IMG/VR virus record: IMGVR_UViG_3300037119_005106
Location: 1 to 64,000 of that record
Length of the DNA: 64,000 nt
Strand: one strand, 5' to 3'
DNA from: a virus
Part shown: one piece after another, positions 56,716 through 64,000 of the stretch
Layout: the number at the start of each line of letters is the position of its first letter
How positions within the stretch are numbered: the stretch's first letter is position 1
Made by a program: the position numbers and the translations under genes
The notes under the pieces: model-generated
The model's input: the letters and a program-made list of their open reading frames with translations, nothing else
What the model was told of the DNA's origin: nothing
The model's database searches: none

Positions 56716-56915
56716 TGGCAAGAACTTCACCAAAAATTGATATCTACCCTTTGGAAGCGGTAGAGAAACGAATCACTTTCTATAAACAAAGAGAGTTGGA
56801 ATTGAACGCAAACAAGGGCACCAAAGAAGCCTTGTTGATTAACAAAAATCTATTATCATTCTGGATAACTTATAAATCAAAAAACTATGGCACAGAAACC
56901 GGAACTCCTATTTAA
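56715..56915 (+). CDS. hypothetical protein
   Basis: Translationally coupled (TAATG). Confidence 0.5.
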   Translation: MARTSPKIDIYPLEAVEKRITFYKQRELELNANKGTKEALLINKNLLSFWITYKSKNYGTETGTPI

Positions 56916-57096
56916 AATTAGTGAGGAAATTATTCAAAAAGAAACTAAAGCAAAAAATCCTCAGATTCTAAAAATAGAATACATCGACTACACCAGAAAT
57001 GTTTACATTTTTGAAGAACCTTGGATCCACAATCTTTCACAAATGAAGTCAGTAGACTTTACCAAAACACATGAACAATTTAAATTAAAGGAATAA
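56887..57096 (+). CDS. hypothetical protein
   Basis: Overlapping operon ORF. Confidence 0.5.
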   Translation: MAQKPELLFKISEEIIQKETKAKNPQILKIEYIDYTRNVYIFEEPWIHNLSQMKSVDFTKTHEQFKLKE

Positions 57097-57413
57097 TGGG
57101 AACTTGTTTAACAATAGCCATTTTTATAATTGCACTCTTGCTTCGACAGTTACACTTTCAAAATAAAAAGTTAGCAGCTATCAAGTATCAAGAATACAAT
57201 TGTAAGAAGCTGGAAGAAGTTAATGATGCACACTCAAATCAAATCGATTATTATAAAAATAGAGTAAGGCATCTAACAACCATCAATTTAAAATTAGCCT
57301 TAGAATACAATCGTATTCGGGAATCAACTATTGATGTACCACTCAAATCAGGACGATTCTTTTATGTCGTTCCGGAAGGAGAAAAAATACTAATGAACTT
57401 TTCAGAAAATTAA
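57096..57413 (+). CDS. hypothetical protein with N-terminal TM
   Basis: Coupled ORF. Confidence 0.5.
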   Translation: MGTCLTIAIFIIALLLRQLHFQNKKLAAIKYQEYNCKKLEEVNDAHSNQIDYYKNRVRHLTTINLKLALEYNRIRESTIDVPLKSGRFFYVVPEGEKILMNFSEN

Positions 57414-57442
57414 AAACAAAGTCCTGAAACAAGGCAACAAAA

Positions 57443-58456
57443 ATGAGTACACCAAAATTCGATTTAGAAGAAGTTTTGAATTTACTGCCAACAACTACTT
57501 CATTGTATTATGTAGAGTATCGTGATGATTTAGAAAATCATTTACAAGAACTCCAAGACTGCATTCACGCTAATAACTGGGAAGCTATAGAAGATCAAGT
57601 TTGTGATTGGTACAACGAACAAGTATCCGGTAACGAACTAGACTATAAAAAACAACTTCGTAAAGACTTTCAATCGAAATACGATATCTCAAAAGAACAC
57701 GCTAAAGACATTGTGGATTATTACGAAGATCATATTTATGATGAAATTCACAGCCGATGTAATGACACACCTGTAAAAGATTTGCTTCGCAACACTTGTA
57801 AAGAATCAATTTACTTTGACACTTGCTATTACATGGAAGCAGACTCTTGGAATTGGGATGCTCGTAGAGTAAAACGAGAAGTTAACGAAATCAAGAAAGT
57901 TCTCAAGATAAAAGCATCAGACAAAAGACATAATGATGCTTTGGCTATGATGATACAACAAGCTTCTTATGGCGGTCAATTGGTATTGTATTTTAGACCG
58001 TCTTGGAATGAACTTATCTCCGAAGGAGAACAAGACTTTGAAACAATATCATTCAAAAATCCAACCATTGCCATTACTAATACTTCAAATGGCTCTGGAG
58101 ATAGTTGTCATTTAAGCGATATTGAAATCACTTTACCATTCGTTAGAGAGAATCTATTCATTGACAAGCTTGACAAATACAGCTACGTATATCAAGTATG
58201 TGGCATGTGTTCAGATTGGTGTGATGGAACAGATGCTACGCTATCTATCAAAAAACGTAGAGGTAGAAAAGCCAAAGCTGGAACAAGTGACACCTATGAC
58301 ATCAGACAACGTGATGCTGAATTGGATAAAGTATTCAAATCAGGTTCTTGTACTCCAGGCGATAGGGATTCTTCCAGACATCGAAATACGTTTTATCGAA
58401 ACGATTACCCTTGTGGAACAAAATGTAGTGATTGTGGAACTTTTTGGATAGACTAA
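57443..58456 (+). CDS. hypothetical protein with C-terminal Cys/His Zn-binding motif
   Basis: GSCTPGD..RHR..YRNDYPCGTKCSDCGTFWID. Confidence 0.65.
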   Translation: MSTPKFDLEEVLNLLPTTTSLYYVEYRDDLENHLQELQDCIHANNWEAIEDQVCDWYNEQVSGNELDYKKQLRKDFQSKYDISKEHAKDIVDYYEDHIYDEIHSRCNDTPVKDLLRNTCKESIYFDTCYYMEADSWNWDARRVKREVNEIKKVLKIKASDKRHNDALAMMIQQASYGGQLVLYFRPSWNELISEGEQDFETISFKNPTIAITNTSNGSGDSCHLSDIEITLPFVRENLFIDKLDKYSYVYQVCGMCSDWCDGTDATLSIKKRRGRKAKAGTSDTYDIRQRDAELDKVFKSGSCTPGDRDSSRHRNTFYRNDYPCGTKCSDCGTFWID

Positions 58457-58458
58457 TT

Positions 58459-58797
58459 ATGAAAAATACAAGAAAAGAAATAGACAAATTCCTTGATGTT
58501 TATAGCGAGGAACAATTAAAAACCATCCTTGAAATCATGCGTACATTTGTTAATGGAGGTTGGAATAAAAGCGATATCATGGATATTGTGTACACTAAAG
58601 AAGAAAACAATAAAATTGATAGTGCATTACCTTGTGATTACGTGAAAGCTATTCAAGAAGTATATCCACAATTTAATTGGATATTCAATGTGTACAATTA
58701 TAACGAGCCAAACTCGATGGGAGCAATGGATAATATTGCAGAGAAATTTATTAAACATTTAGCAAATACACTTAATTATAATAATCTCAAAGAATAA
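58459..58797 (+). CDS. hypothetical protein
   Basis: ORF track (start MKNT). Confidence 0.5.
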   Translation: MKNTRKEIDKFLDVYSEEQLKTILEIMRTFVNGGWNKSDIMDIVYTKEENNKIDSALPCDYVKAIQEVYPQFNWIFNVYNYNEPNSMGAMDNIAEKFIKHLANTLNYNNLKE

Positions 58798-59078
58798 TGG
58801 AAAAACCAACATCAGAAGAATGGAAAGCAATAATGGATTACATTCAAGAAAATATTCCTTATCCAGTATTAATACCAGAACATTTGGGAGAATATATGAT
58901 TGACCACTTTACGAACTGCCTACCACCATTATTATGGAATAGCCATGCAGTACTTTGCTCAGAACCATATGATCATGATGGTGCTAGAGGATTCGCAAGA
59001 TACATCGGATTCTACAAAAACAAGGAGGGATATCATGGAGTAATAACAACAATTGATGAATTTAAAAAACTAAGCTAA
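58797..59078 (+). CDS. hypothetical protein
   Basis: F.NCLPP..W.....CSEPYDH motif. Confidence 0.55.
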   Translation: MEKPTSEEWKAIMDYIQENIPYPVLIPEHLGEYMIDHFTNCLPPLLWNSHAVLCSEPYDHDGARGFARYIGFYKNKEGYHGVITTIDEFKKLS

Positions 59079-59080
59079 TC

Positions 59081-59254
59081 ATGACCAGACTCTTAACCAT
59101 ATCATCCGTATTCCGTAAAAGAATGTGGATGAAGCCAACCATCAAGCCAAAGCTTACTATTCAAGGAGAATGGTTTGAAAAAGCTGGATTTAATATTGGA
59201 GATAAAATAGAACTCCAAGTAATTAACGATCAAATAATAATTCAAAAAGTATAA
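59081..59254 (+). CDS. SymE/AbrB-fold small protein (not in ORF track)
   Basis: 57 aa, PKLTIQGEWFEKAGFNIGDKIELQV. Confidence 0.7.
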   Translation: MTRLLTISSVFRKRMWMKPTIKPKLTIQGEWFEKAGFNIGDKIELQVINDQIIIQKV

Positions 59255-59256
59255 TC

Positions 59257-59652
59257 ATGACACTAGGACAAATCAAAAAACAACAAGAAGAAAAGCTAAG
59301 CCAACTCTTCAAAGACAATGGCGTATTCTTCGCATTTAGCGATGAACAATTTGCAGAAAATAAAACACCATTAGAGCCTGGAGATACATATTCTAGCTTT
59401 TATGCTGGAGGTTATCTTCCTAAAAAGAATTTCAAGCAAGCAGAAAAAGGACTAAACGATATCATGAATTGGAAGGAACAAGCCATTCAAGACAACGGAC
59501 TTCGAGAACAGCATATCTGCTACGAACTATCAAATCACGAAGCATTCTATACTTACGAAATAGAAGATACGTTAGATGCTTTAGGTGGAGATTATACACG
59601 TGAAGAAGTGTGGGAAGTATTCAATAAAAACAAAGACAAATACGACGAATAA
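59257..59652 (+). CDS. conserved phage/MGE hypothetical protein
   Basis: FFAFSDEQF..YELSNHE..YT. Confidence 0.65.
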   Translation: MTLGQIKKQQEEKLSQLFKDNGVFFAFSDEQFAENKTPLEPGDTYSSFYAGGYLPKKNFKQAEKGLNDIMNWKEQAIQDNGLREQHICYELSNHEAFYTYEIEDTLDALGGDYTREEVWEVFNKNKDKYDE

Positions 59653-59945
59653 TGAGAACAGTAAAATTTTTAGGATATACTTGCAACATCGAAGAAGGAC
59701 AATATTCCAACGGTAGAATAGCTTTGGAATTAGTAGATGCCAAAACAGGAGAACCAGTAGCGGTAGCCACTGTAAACATACCAAAGGAAGATATCGAGGA
59801 AGGAGAAGTAATTATAAAAGACTACTCCGAAAACGAAGGAATCTATCAAGTATTACTTGATGCAAAAATCATTGGGCCAAAAAGAAGAATAGTTAATACG
59901 GGATGGAGCTATTCTAATGTATGTCATTACTTTAAAGAGAAATAA
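59652..59945 (+). CDS. DUF4313-like protein
   Basis: YSNGRIALEL...GEPVAVATVN..IKDYSENEG. Confidence 0.6.
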   Translation: MRTVKFLGYTCNIEEGQYSNGRIALELVDAKTGEPVAVATVNIPKEDIEEGEVIIKDYSENEGIYQVLLDAKIIGPKRRIVNTGWSYSNVCHYFKEK

Positions 59946-59946
59946 T

Positions 59947-60099
59947 ATGAAGAAGTATCAATTCACAATCATTCACGATCAAGGACAACACAAGCTATCT
60001 ACTTATGCAAAGAACCTAAGTACCGCATTAAAATTAGTTATGGATGCAGAGCGTTGCCCTGAAGGTGCAATTATTAATATTAAAATCACAGATAAGTAA
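59947..60099 (+). CDS. hypothetical protein
   Basis: HDQG..E.CPE.AI. Confidence 0.45.
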   Translation: MKKYQFTIIHDQGQHKLSTYAKNLSTALKLVMDAERCPEGAIINIKITDK

Positions 60100-60302
60100 T
60101 GGCAACAATAACTGAAAAGAAATACAAATGCACTCAATGTGGTCATGAAGTTTTACAAAATACAAATCACTTCGGGCCAACATGGAGTTTTGGCAGAACA
60201 AACGTTTGTCCAAAATGTCCACCTTATAAAAAATATTCAGAATTTGGTGGACAAACAATTTGGGAATGCATGGAAACGAAACCCGAAGAAGAAAAAGAAT
60301 AA
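60099..60302 (+). CDS. zinc-ribbon protein
   Basis: YKCTQCGH..TNH..CPKC. Confidence 0.6.
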   Translation: MATITEKKYKCTQCGHEVLQNTNHFGPTWSFGRTNVCPKCPPYKKYSEFGGQTIWECMETKPEEEKE

Positions 60303-60304
60303 TT

Positions 60305-60508
60305 ATGAATTATACTAAAAAATACACAGCCATTCAAGTAAAACAAGAAGGATGTAAAATAAAATTCTACTTTAGAAAATTTGCTAAATATTTAGCAGAT
60401 GAACCACAATCAGTATTTGATACTGAAGAAGAAGCATTAGAATCAGCATACAAAGAAAATAAATATGGAACATGGTTAATTGTTCCTATAATAAAATTTG
60501 ATATTTAA
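60305..60508 (+). CDS. hypothetical protein
   Basis: FDTEEEALE motif. Confidence 0.5.
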   Translation: MNYTKKYTAIQVKQEGCKIKFYFRKFAKYLADEPQSVFDTEEEALESAYKENKYGTWLIVPIIKFDI

Positions 60509-60541
60509 TTAAACAAAGTCCTTTATAGGCAACTAGAAATT

Positions 60542-61021
60542 ATGAAAACATATAACAAATCAGCGATAATGAAAAGAGCATGGAAAATGATTAGAATATC
60601 TTCCAGCCTTACTTGGTCAAATGCATTAACTCGTTCTTGGGAAATAGAAAAAGAAAACATCAATAGTCAACCTATTTCGCCAGCTATATTGAACAAATTC
60701 CTTAACGGGCTACGAACCTTCAACCGTTCCAGAACAACAGCAGAGAACAAGCCATTGATGGCTGGAACCCAAGAGCATTTCAAAATCCTTAATTCAAAGA
60801 TGGGTAGAAAAATAATGAAACTACCAATCGAAAGCGATTCCAAAGAAATGTTGGAAACAGGAGAACTGTTCGCTCAGGATATCATCCACCAAAGAAGAAA
60901 AGAATCCAAGCACTTTACTAAGCCAACTGCTAAGAAGAAAACAGTTTTCAGAAACAGAATTATTAATCCGGAAACTTGTGTTTCTATAAACATCGAAGAA
61001 TACATTAATGGAAACAGCTAA
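60542..61021 (+). CDS. hypothetical early protein
   Basis: YNKSAIMKRAW..ALTRSW N-terminal motif common in Bacteroidota phages. Confidence 0.6.
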   Translation: MKTYNKSAIMKRAWKMIRISSSLTWSNALTRSWEIEKENINSQPISPAILNKFLNGLRTFNRSRTTAENKPLMAGTQEHFKILNSKMGRKIMKLPIESDSKEMLETGELFAQDIIHQRRKESKHFTKPTAKKKTVFRNRIINPETCVSINIEEYINGNS

Positions 61022-61301
61022 CAACGCAGAACTACTAGAAGTAGGAGAAGTCAAACTGTCTAAGTCTTGGACAAATCTATATATGAAATTTAGATTTGAG
61101 AATGGGGATGAACGATGGCTATACTACTCGGAACATAAAGACAAACCTATTCCATTAAAACAAATAGAAGATTTTGTTTATCCTGAGAAATATAAGCCAG
61201 GAACAAAAATGACAGTCAATTACAAAGTCACTCAATCGCCTAACAAATCAACCAAACTGGCTATTATAAACATAGCCAATATTGGTTTTAATAACAAATA
61301 A
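61008..61301 (+). CDS. hypothetical protein
   Basis: ORF track. Confidence 0.5.
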   Translation: METANNAELLEVGEVKLSKSWTNLYMKFRFENGDERWLYYSEHKDKPIPLKQIEDFVYPEKYKPGTKMTVNYKVTQSPNKSTKLAIINIANIGFNNK

Positions 61302-61396
61302 TATATGGAAACTATAGGAATGCTAATCGGAGTTGCTGTACTAGCTGGATTAATATTTATAGTGATTGAAGTGATAAACTCAATAAATAAATAATT

Positions 61397-61618
61397 ATGA
61401 AAAGTATTTTTCTTATTGAAAAAGGATGGATTGATCCAATGGAAAATAGAGTAGCCGATGGTTATAATCCATTTGGATATAAATTAACCGAACAAGAAGC
61501 CAGAGAATTCTGCGAATCAAAAGGATATTGGACAGATAAAGATTGCTATTCTATTGCATTTATGCCAAACAAAAGAATGGCAAAATACACATACAGAGAA
61601 ATTAAATATTGTCCATAA
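61397..61618 (+). CDS. hypothetical protein
   Basis: ORF track. Confidence 0.5.
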   Translation: MKSIFLIEKGWIDPMENRVADGYNPFGYKLTEQEAREFCESKGYWTDKDCYSIAFMPNKRMAKYTYREIKYCP

Positions 61619-61681
61619 TATTAATAAACATAAATAACTATCTTTGAAGAGTATAACTAAACCCTTTAAAACATAGAAATT

Positions 61682-62362
61682 ATGAGCGCAGTACCACAAG
61701 ACAAGCTTTCTGATCACCAAGCATTCTTAATGAATATTGGTTATCTAGCAGTAATCAACGGAAGAGGTCCATTCTCTGGAATATTTCCTCAATCCGCAAT
61801 CGGACAATTCAACATTCGTGAAAACATTAAAGATGTCGCTCTTGGTGATGATGCTTTTAATGGAAATGAATGGGGTAAAGTAACCGCAATAGCTGGCGAT
61901 GCAGTAAACGGATTTACATTCACTGTAAAATACACTCACACTGTATTACCACAAGGAATAGACCATGCATCATGGAATCCAACAAGAACAAAAACATATG
62001 CTTCTATGTTACCCGCAGCGGGAACCGTAGCTGGATTAGTAGAAAACAATGCTTGGCAGAAATTAGCAAGTATTGGAGTAATTGTTGTTCAGAATTCAAA
62101 CCCAATTCCAATTGAAGTTAAGTTAGAAAGTGCAACACCCGTAATCGTACAAGGTGGAGCAGCAACAACACTTGACTTTAGTGTAGCTGGAGTATCTGTT
62201 CAGAAACTTGTAAATGATGTAGCATCGGGAGCACCCGTTGTTGCAAATGGTTCAGGTGTTGCAGTAATTCCAAATGGAAATACTACTGGACAAAAAATTA
62301 AATTTGCTGTTTCTTCTGGCGGTAAACTAGTAGGCACATGGGGGCCTTATACCGTAGGATAA
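61682..62362 (+). CDS. putative auxiliary capsid/decoration protein
   Basis: G/A/V/T-rich beta protein with Ig-like C-terminus; -7 box tatctttg 61639-61646; terminator 62385-62423. Confidence 0.5.
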   Translation: MSAVPQDKLSDHQAFLMNIGYLAVINGRGPFSGIFPQSAIGQFNIRENIKDVALGDDAFNGNEWGKVTAIAGDAVNGFTFTVKYTHTVLPQGIDHASWNPTRTKTYASMLPAAGTVAGLVENNAWQKLASIGVIVVQNSNPIPIEVKLESATPVIVQGGAATTLDFSVAGVSVQKLVNDVASGAPVVANGSGVAVIPNGNTTGQKIKFAVSSGGKLVGTWGPYTVG

Positions 62363-62384
62363 CTTAAAAACAAATTCAATATTA

Positions 62385-62423
62385 AAAAATGCTATCATTT
62401 ATATGGTAGCATTTTTCTTTTTT
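62385..62423 (+). terminator. intrinsic terminator, followed by -7 box TACATTTG (62429-62436)
   Basis: aaaaatgctatcat/atggtagcattttt + T-tract. Confidence 0.75.
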
Positions 62424-62463
62424 AGTTATACATTTGTACCCTACACTGTATAAATAAAACAAA

Positions 62464-62751
62464 ATGACTATAGAAGATATTGCTAAAAAAGTTTCCAAAG
62501 AAACAGGAGAACCTGCTTATAAAATAAGCATAATATTAAAATCTACTTTCGAAGTAATACGAGCAGAAATACTAAAAGCTCAGATTATTAAAATCCGAGG
62601 GCTTATGTCTTTATTTATAGACGTGCTCCCCGAAGTAAAAAGGTATGATTTAATTGCTCAAGAAGTAAAAATACTTCCAAGAAGATTTACATTAAAAGTT
62701 GTTCCAAGCAGAAGACTTAAAAAAGAAATCGATGCGAAAAAAACATACTAA
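62464..62751 (+). CDS. HU/IHF-like DNA-binding protein
   Basis: MTIEDIAKKVSKETG..IKIRGL..P.R..LK.VPS..LK. Confidence 0.8.
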   Translation: MTIEDIAKKVSKETGEPAYKISIILKSTFEVIRAEILKAQIIKIRGLMSLFIDVLPEVKRYDLIAQEVKILPRRFTLKVVPSRRLKKEIDAKKTY

Positions 62752-63055
62752 GAATTCGGTTTTTGAAAAAATATATAAAGACCATGAACTACAGAACCAC
62801 ATCATCAAGCACGTTGACAACAGCAAGTTTGATGAACATTGTGAACAAGTAGCCAAGAATCTTAATATAGATCCTATTGTTGTAAAAGAACTGCTATTAA
62901 ACAATTCCTTCGTTGTATTATCCTTAATACAGAAGTATGTCAAAAAGAATGAAGAAATCAAGATAAATATAACAGGATTCTTCAGCTTCATTACCACCTT
63001 AATAAAATACAAAATATCCCATTTACAGAAATTGACAAAGGGAAGAACTTATTAA
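62732..63055 (+). CDS. second HU/IHF-like protein (degenerate)
   Basis: VAKNLNI..V..LL....I....INITGFFSF. Confidence 0.5.
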   Translation: MRKKHTKNSVFEKIYKDHELQNHIIKHVDNSKFDEHCEQVAKNLNIDPIVVKELLLNNSFVVLSLIQKYVKKNEEIKINITGFFSFITTLIKYKISHLQKLTKGRTY

Positions 63056-63076
63056 ACAATCCTTAAATTTTATATC

Positions 63077-64000
63077 ATGTCACACACACCAATGACGGCT
63101 CCGGCTCAAACAAGTAATTTCCCTAAGAAAGAGAAAAATGAAAACCTACAATTAGTTCCTATGGGAATGCACCCAGCTATTATTTATGGCGTAGTAAATG
63201 TAGGCACACAAGATGGAGAATGGCAAGGGAAAGCCACTTCTTCCAATAAGCTAAAAGTACTTATTGAATTTCCACAACATAGACAATTGTTTTGGAAAGA
63301 AGATACAGTTCCTACTCCATCAGCATTGATTATGGATTTCAATTACAGTGTTTCTAAAAATAAAAAGACTGGAAAGAAAAGCAACTTGTTGATTTTAATA
63401 GAAAGCTTATACGGGCCACTTCAAGAATCTCAATATTTGAATTTTGACATTTCCCAATTGGCAACCATGAAAGTATTCGCTAACGTTCTTCACTATGTAA
63501 AACTAGATGGAACAACGGGAGCGAAGATTACAAACCTTGCACCATTCAATGCAAACATGGTGGATCCAAACTCTATTCAGTTAACAAACGAAGTACAAAT
63601 CTATTCTGTTCAGATGGGATATGAATGTATGTCTTTTGCAAAACTTTCCTATTTCTACAGAAACTTGATAAAAGATTCTCACGAAGGGAAAGCACATATT
63701 GCTAAGGGTGGAAGATTCACTAAATTGAATGAAGCTGGAGAAATGATTATCGATGATGGTTCTGATAATTACACAGCAGCGCCTATGGGTAAAATTGTAA
63801 TGCTAGGAGATTTTAGCTATGATCAATTGAAAGGTGCTGGATGGACTGACCAAGCCATGATTGATAATGGTTATGCTAGGAGAGAAGCAGCTGCTCCCGT
63901 TCCTACACCAGCACCACAAATGGCACCAACACCTGTTCCACAAGCACAAGGAGTTCATCCAATAAACTTAACTCCTTCATCGAATCCAGCACATCAACCA
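63077..64000 (+). CDS. phage replication/SSB-like protein (runs off the window)
   Basis: PMGMHPAIIYGVVNVGTQ..LIEFP N-terminus, SYDQLKGAGWTDQAMIDNGY motif, P/A-rich tail. Confidence 0.6.
   Translation, partial: MSHTPMTAPAQTSNFPKKEKNENLQLVPMGMHPAIIYGVVNVGTQDGEWQGKATSSNKLKVLIEFPQHRQLFWKEDTVPTPSALIMDFNYSVSKNKKTGKKSNLLILIESLYGPLQESQYLNFDISQLATMKVFANVLHYVKLDGTTGAKITNLAPFNANMVDPNSIQLTNEVQIYSVQMGYECMSFAKLSYFYRNLIKDSHEGKAHIAKGGRFTKLNEAGEMIIDDGSDNYTAAPMGKIVMLGDFSYDQLKGAGWTDQAMIDNGYARREAAAPVPTPAPQMAPTPVPQAQGVHPINLTPSSNPAHQP

Noticed and set aside
1-64000. Stop-codon reassignment as seen in some crAss-like phages
   Set aside because: RNAP, portal, TerL and MCP are uninterrupted in the standard code; no suppressor tRNA seen

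Overview
A 64-kb segment of a crAss-like (Crassvirales-related) podophage, read in the standard genetic code. TAnnTTTG promoters and AT-rich translation starts without Shine-Dalgarno sequences point to a Bacteroidota (probably Flavobacteriaceae) host. The minus strand (1.07-41.2 kb) carries the virion module: a 3965-aa virion RNA polymerase polyprotein with an internal zincin domain, ejected cargo proteins (one with a lambda-type transglycosylase), a muzzle/tail stabilisation protein, holin-amidase-spanin, tail fibre/adhesin, ring proteins, major capsid, scaffold, portal and TerL. Upstream on the same strand (41.3-48.7 kb) is an accessory operon behind a host-type promoter. It encodes two tRNA-shaped RNAs with the alanine G3:U70/A73 identity but no anticodon loop, a collapsed mini-terminase, a GIY-YIG endonuclease, a DEDDh exonuclease, an Acb2/Tad1-like protein, a second two-domain sponge candidate, KTSC, and GroES/GroEL. 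I read this operon as a decoy/anti-defence island, which is the best candidate for an undescribed system. After a divergence point near 48.8 kb, the plus strand carries the early/replication region: small ORFs, SSB, RepL-like, a strawberry-notch helicase-methyltransferase, SymE-like, HU/IHF-like and a replication/SSB-like gene, with repeated candidate promoter motifs. All family calls are from motif recognition by eye; no database searches were run.
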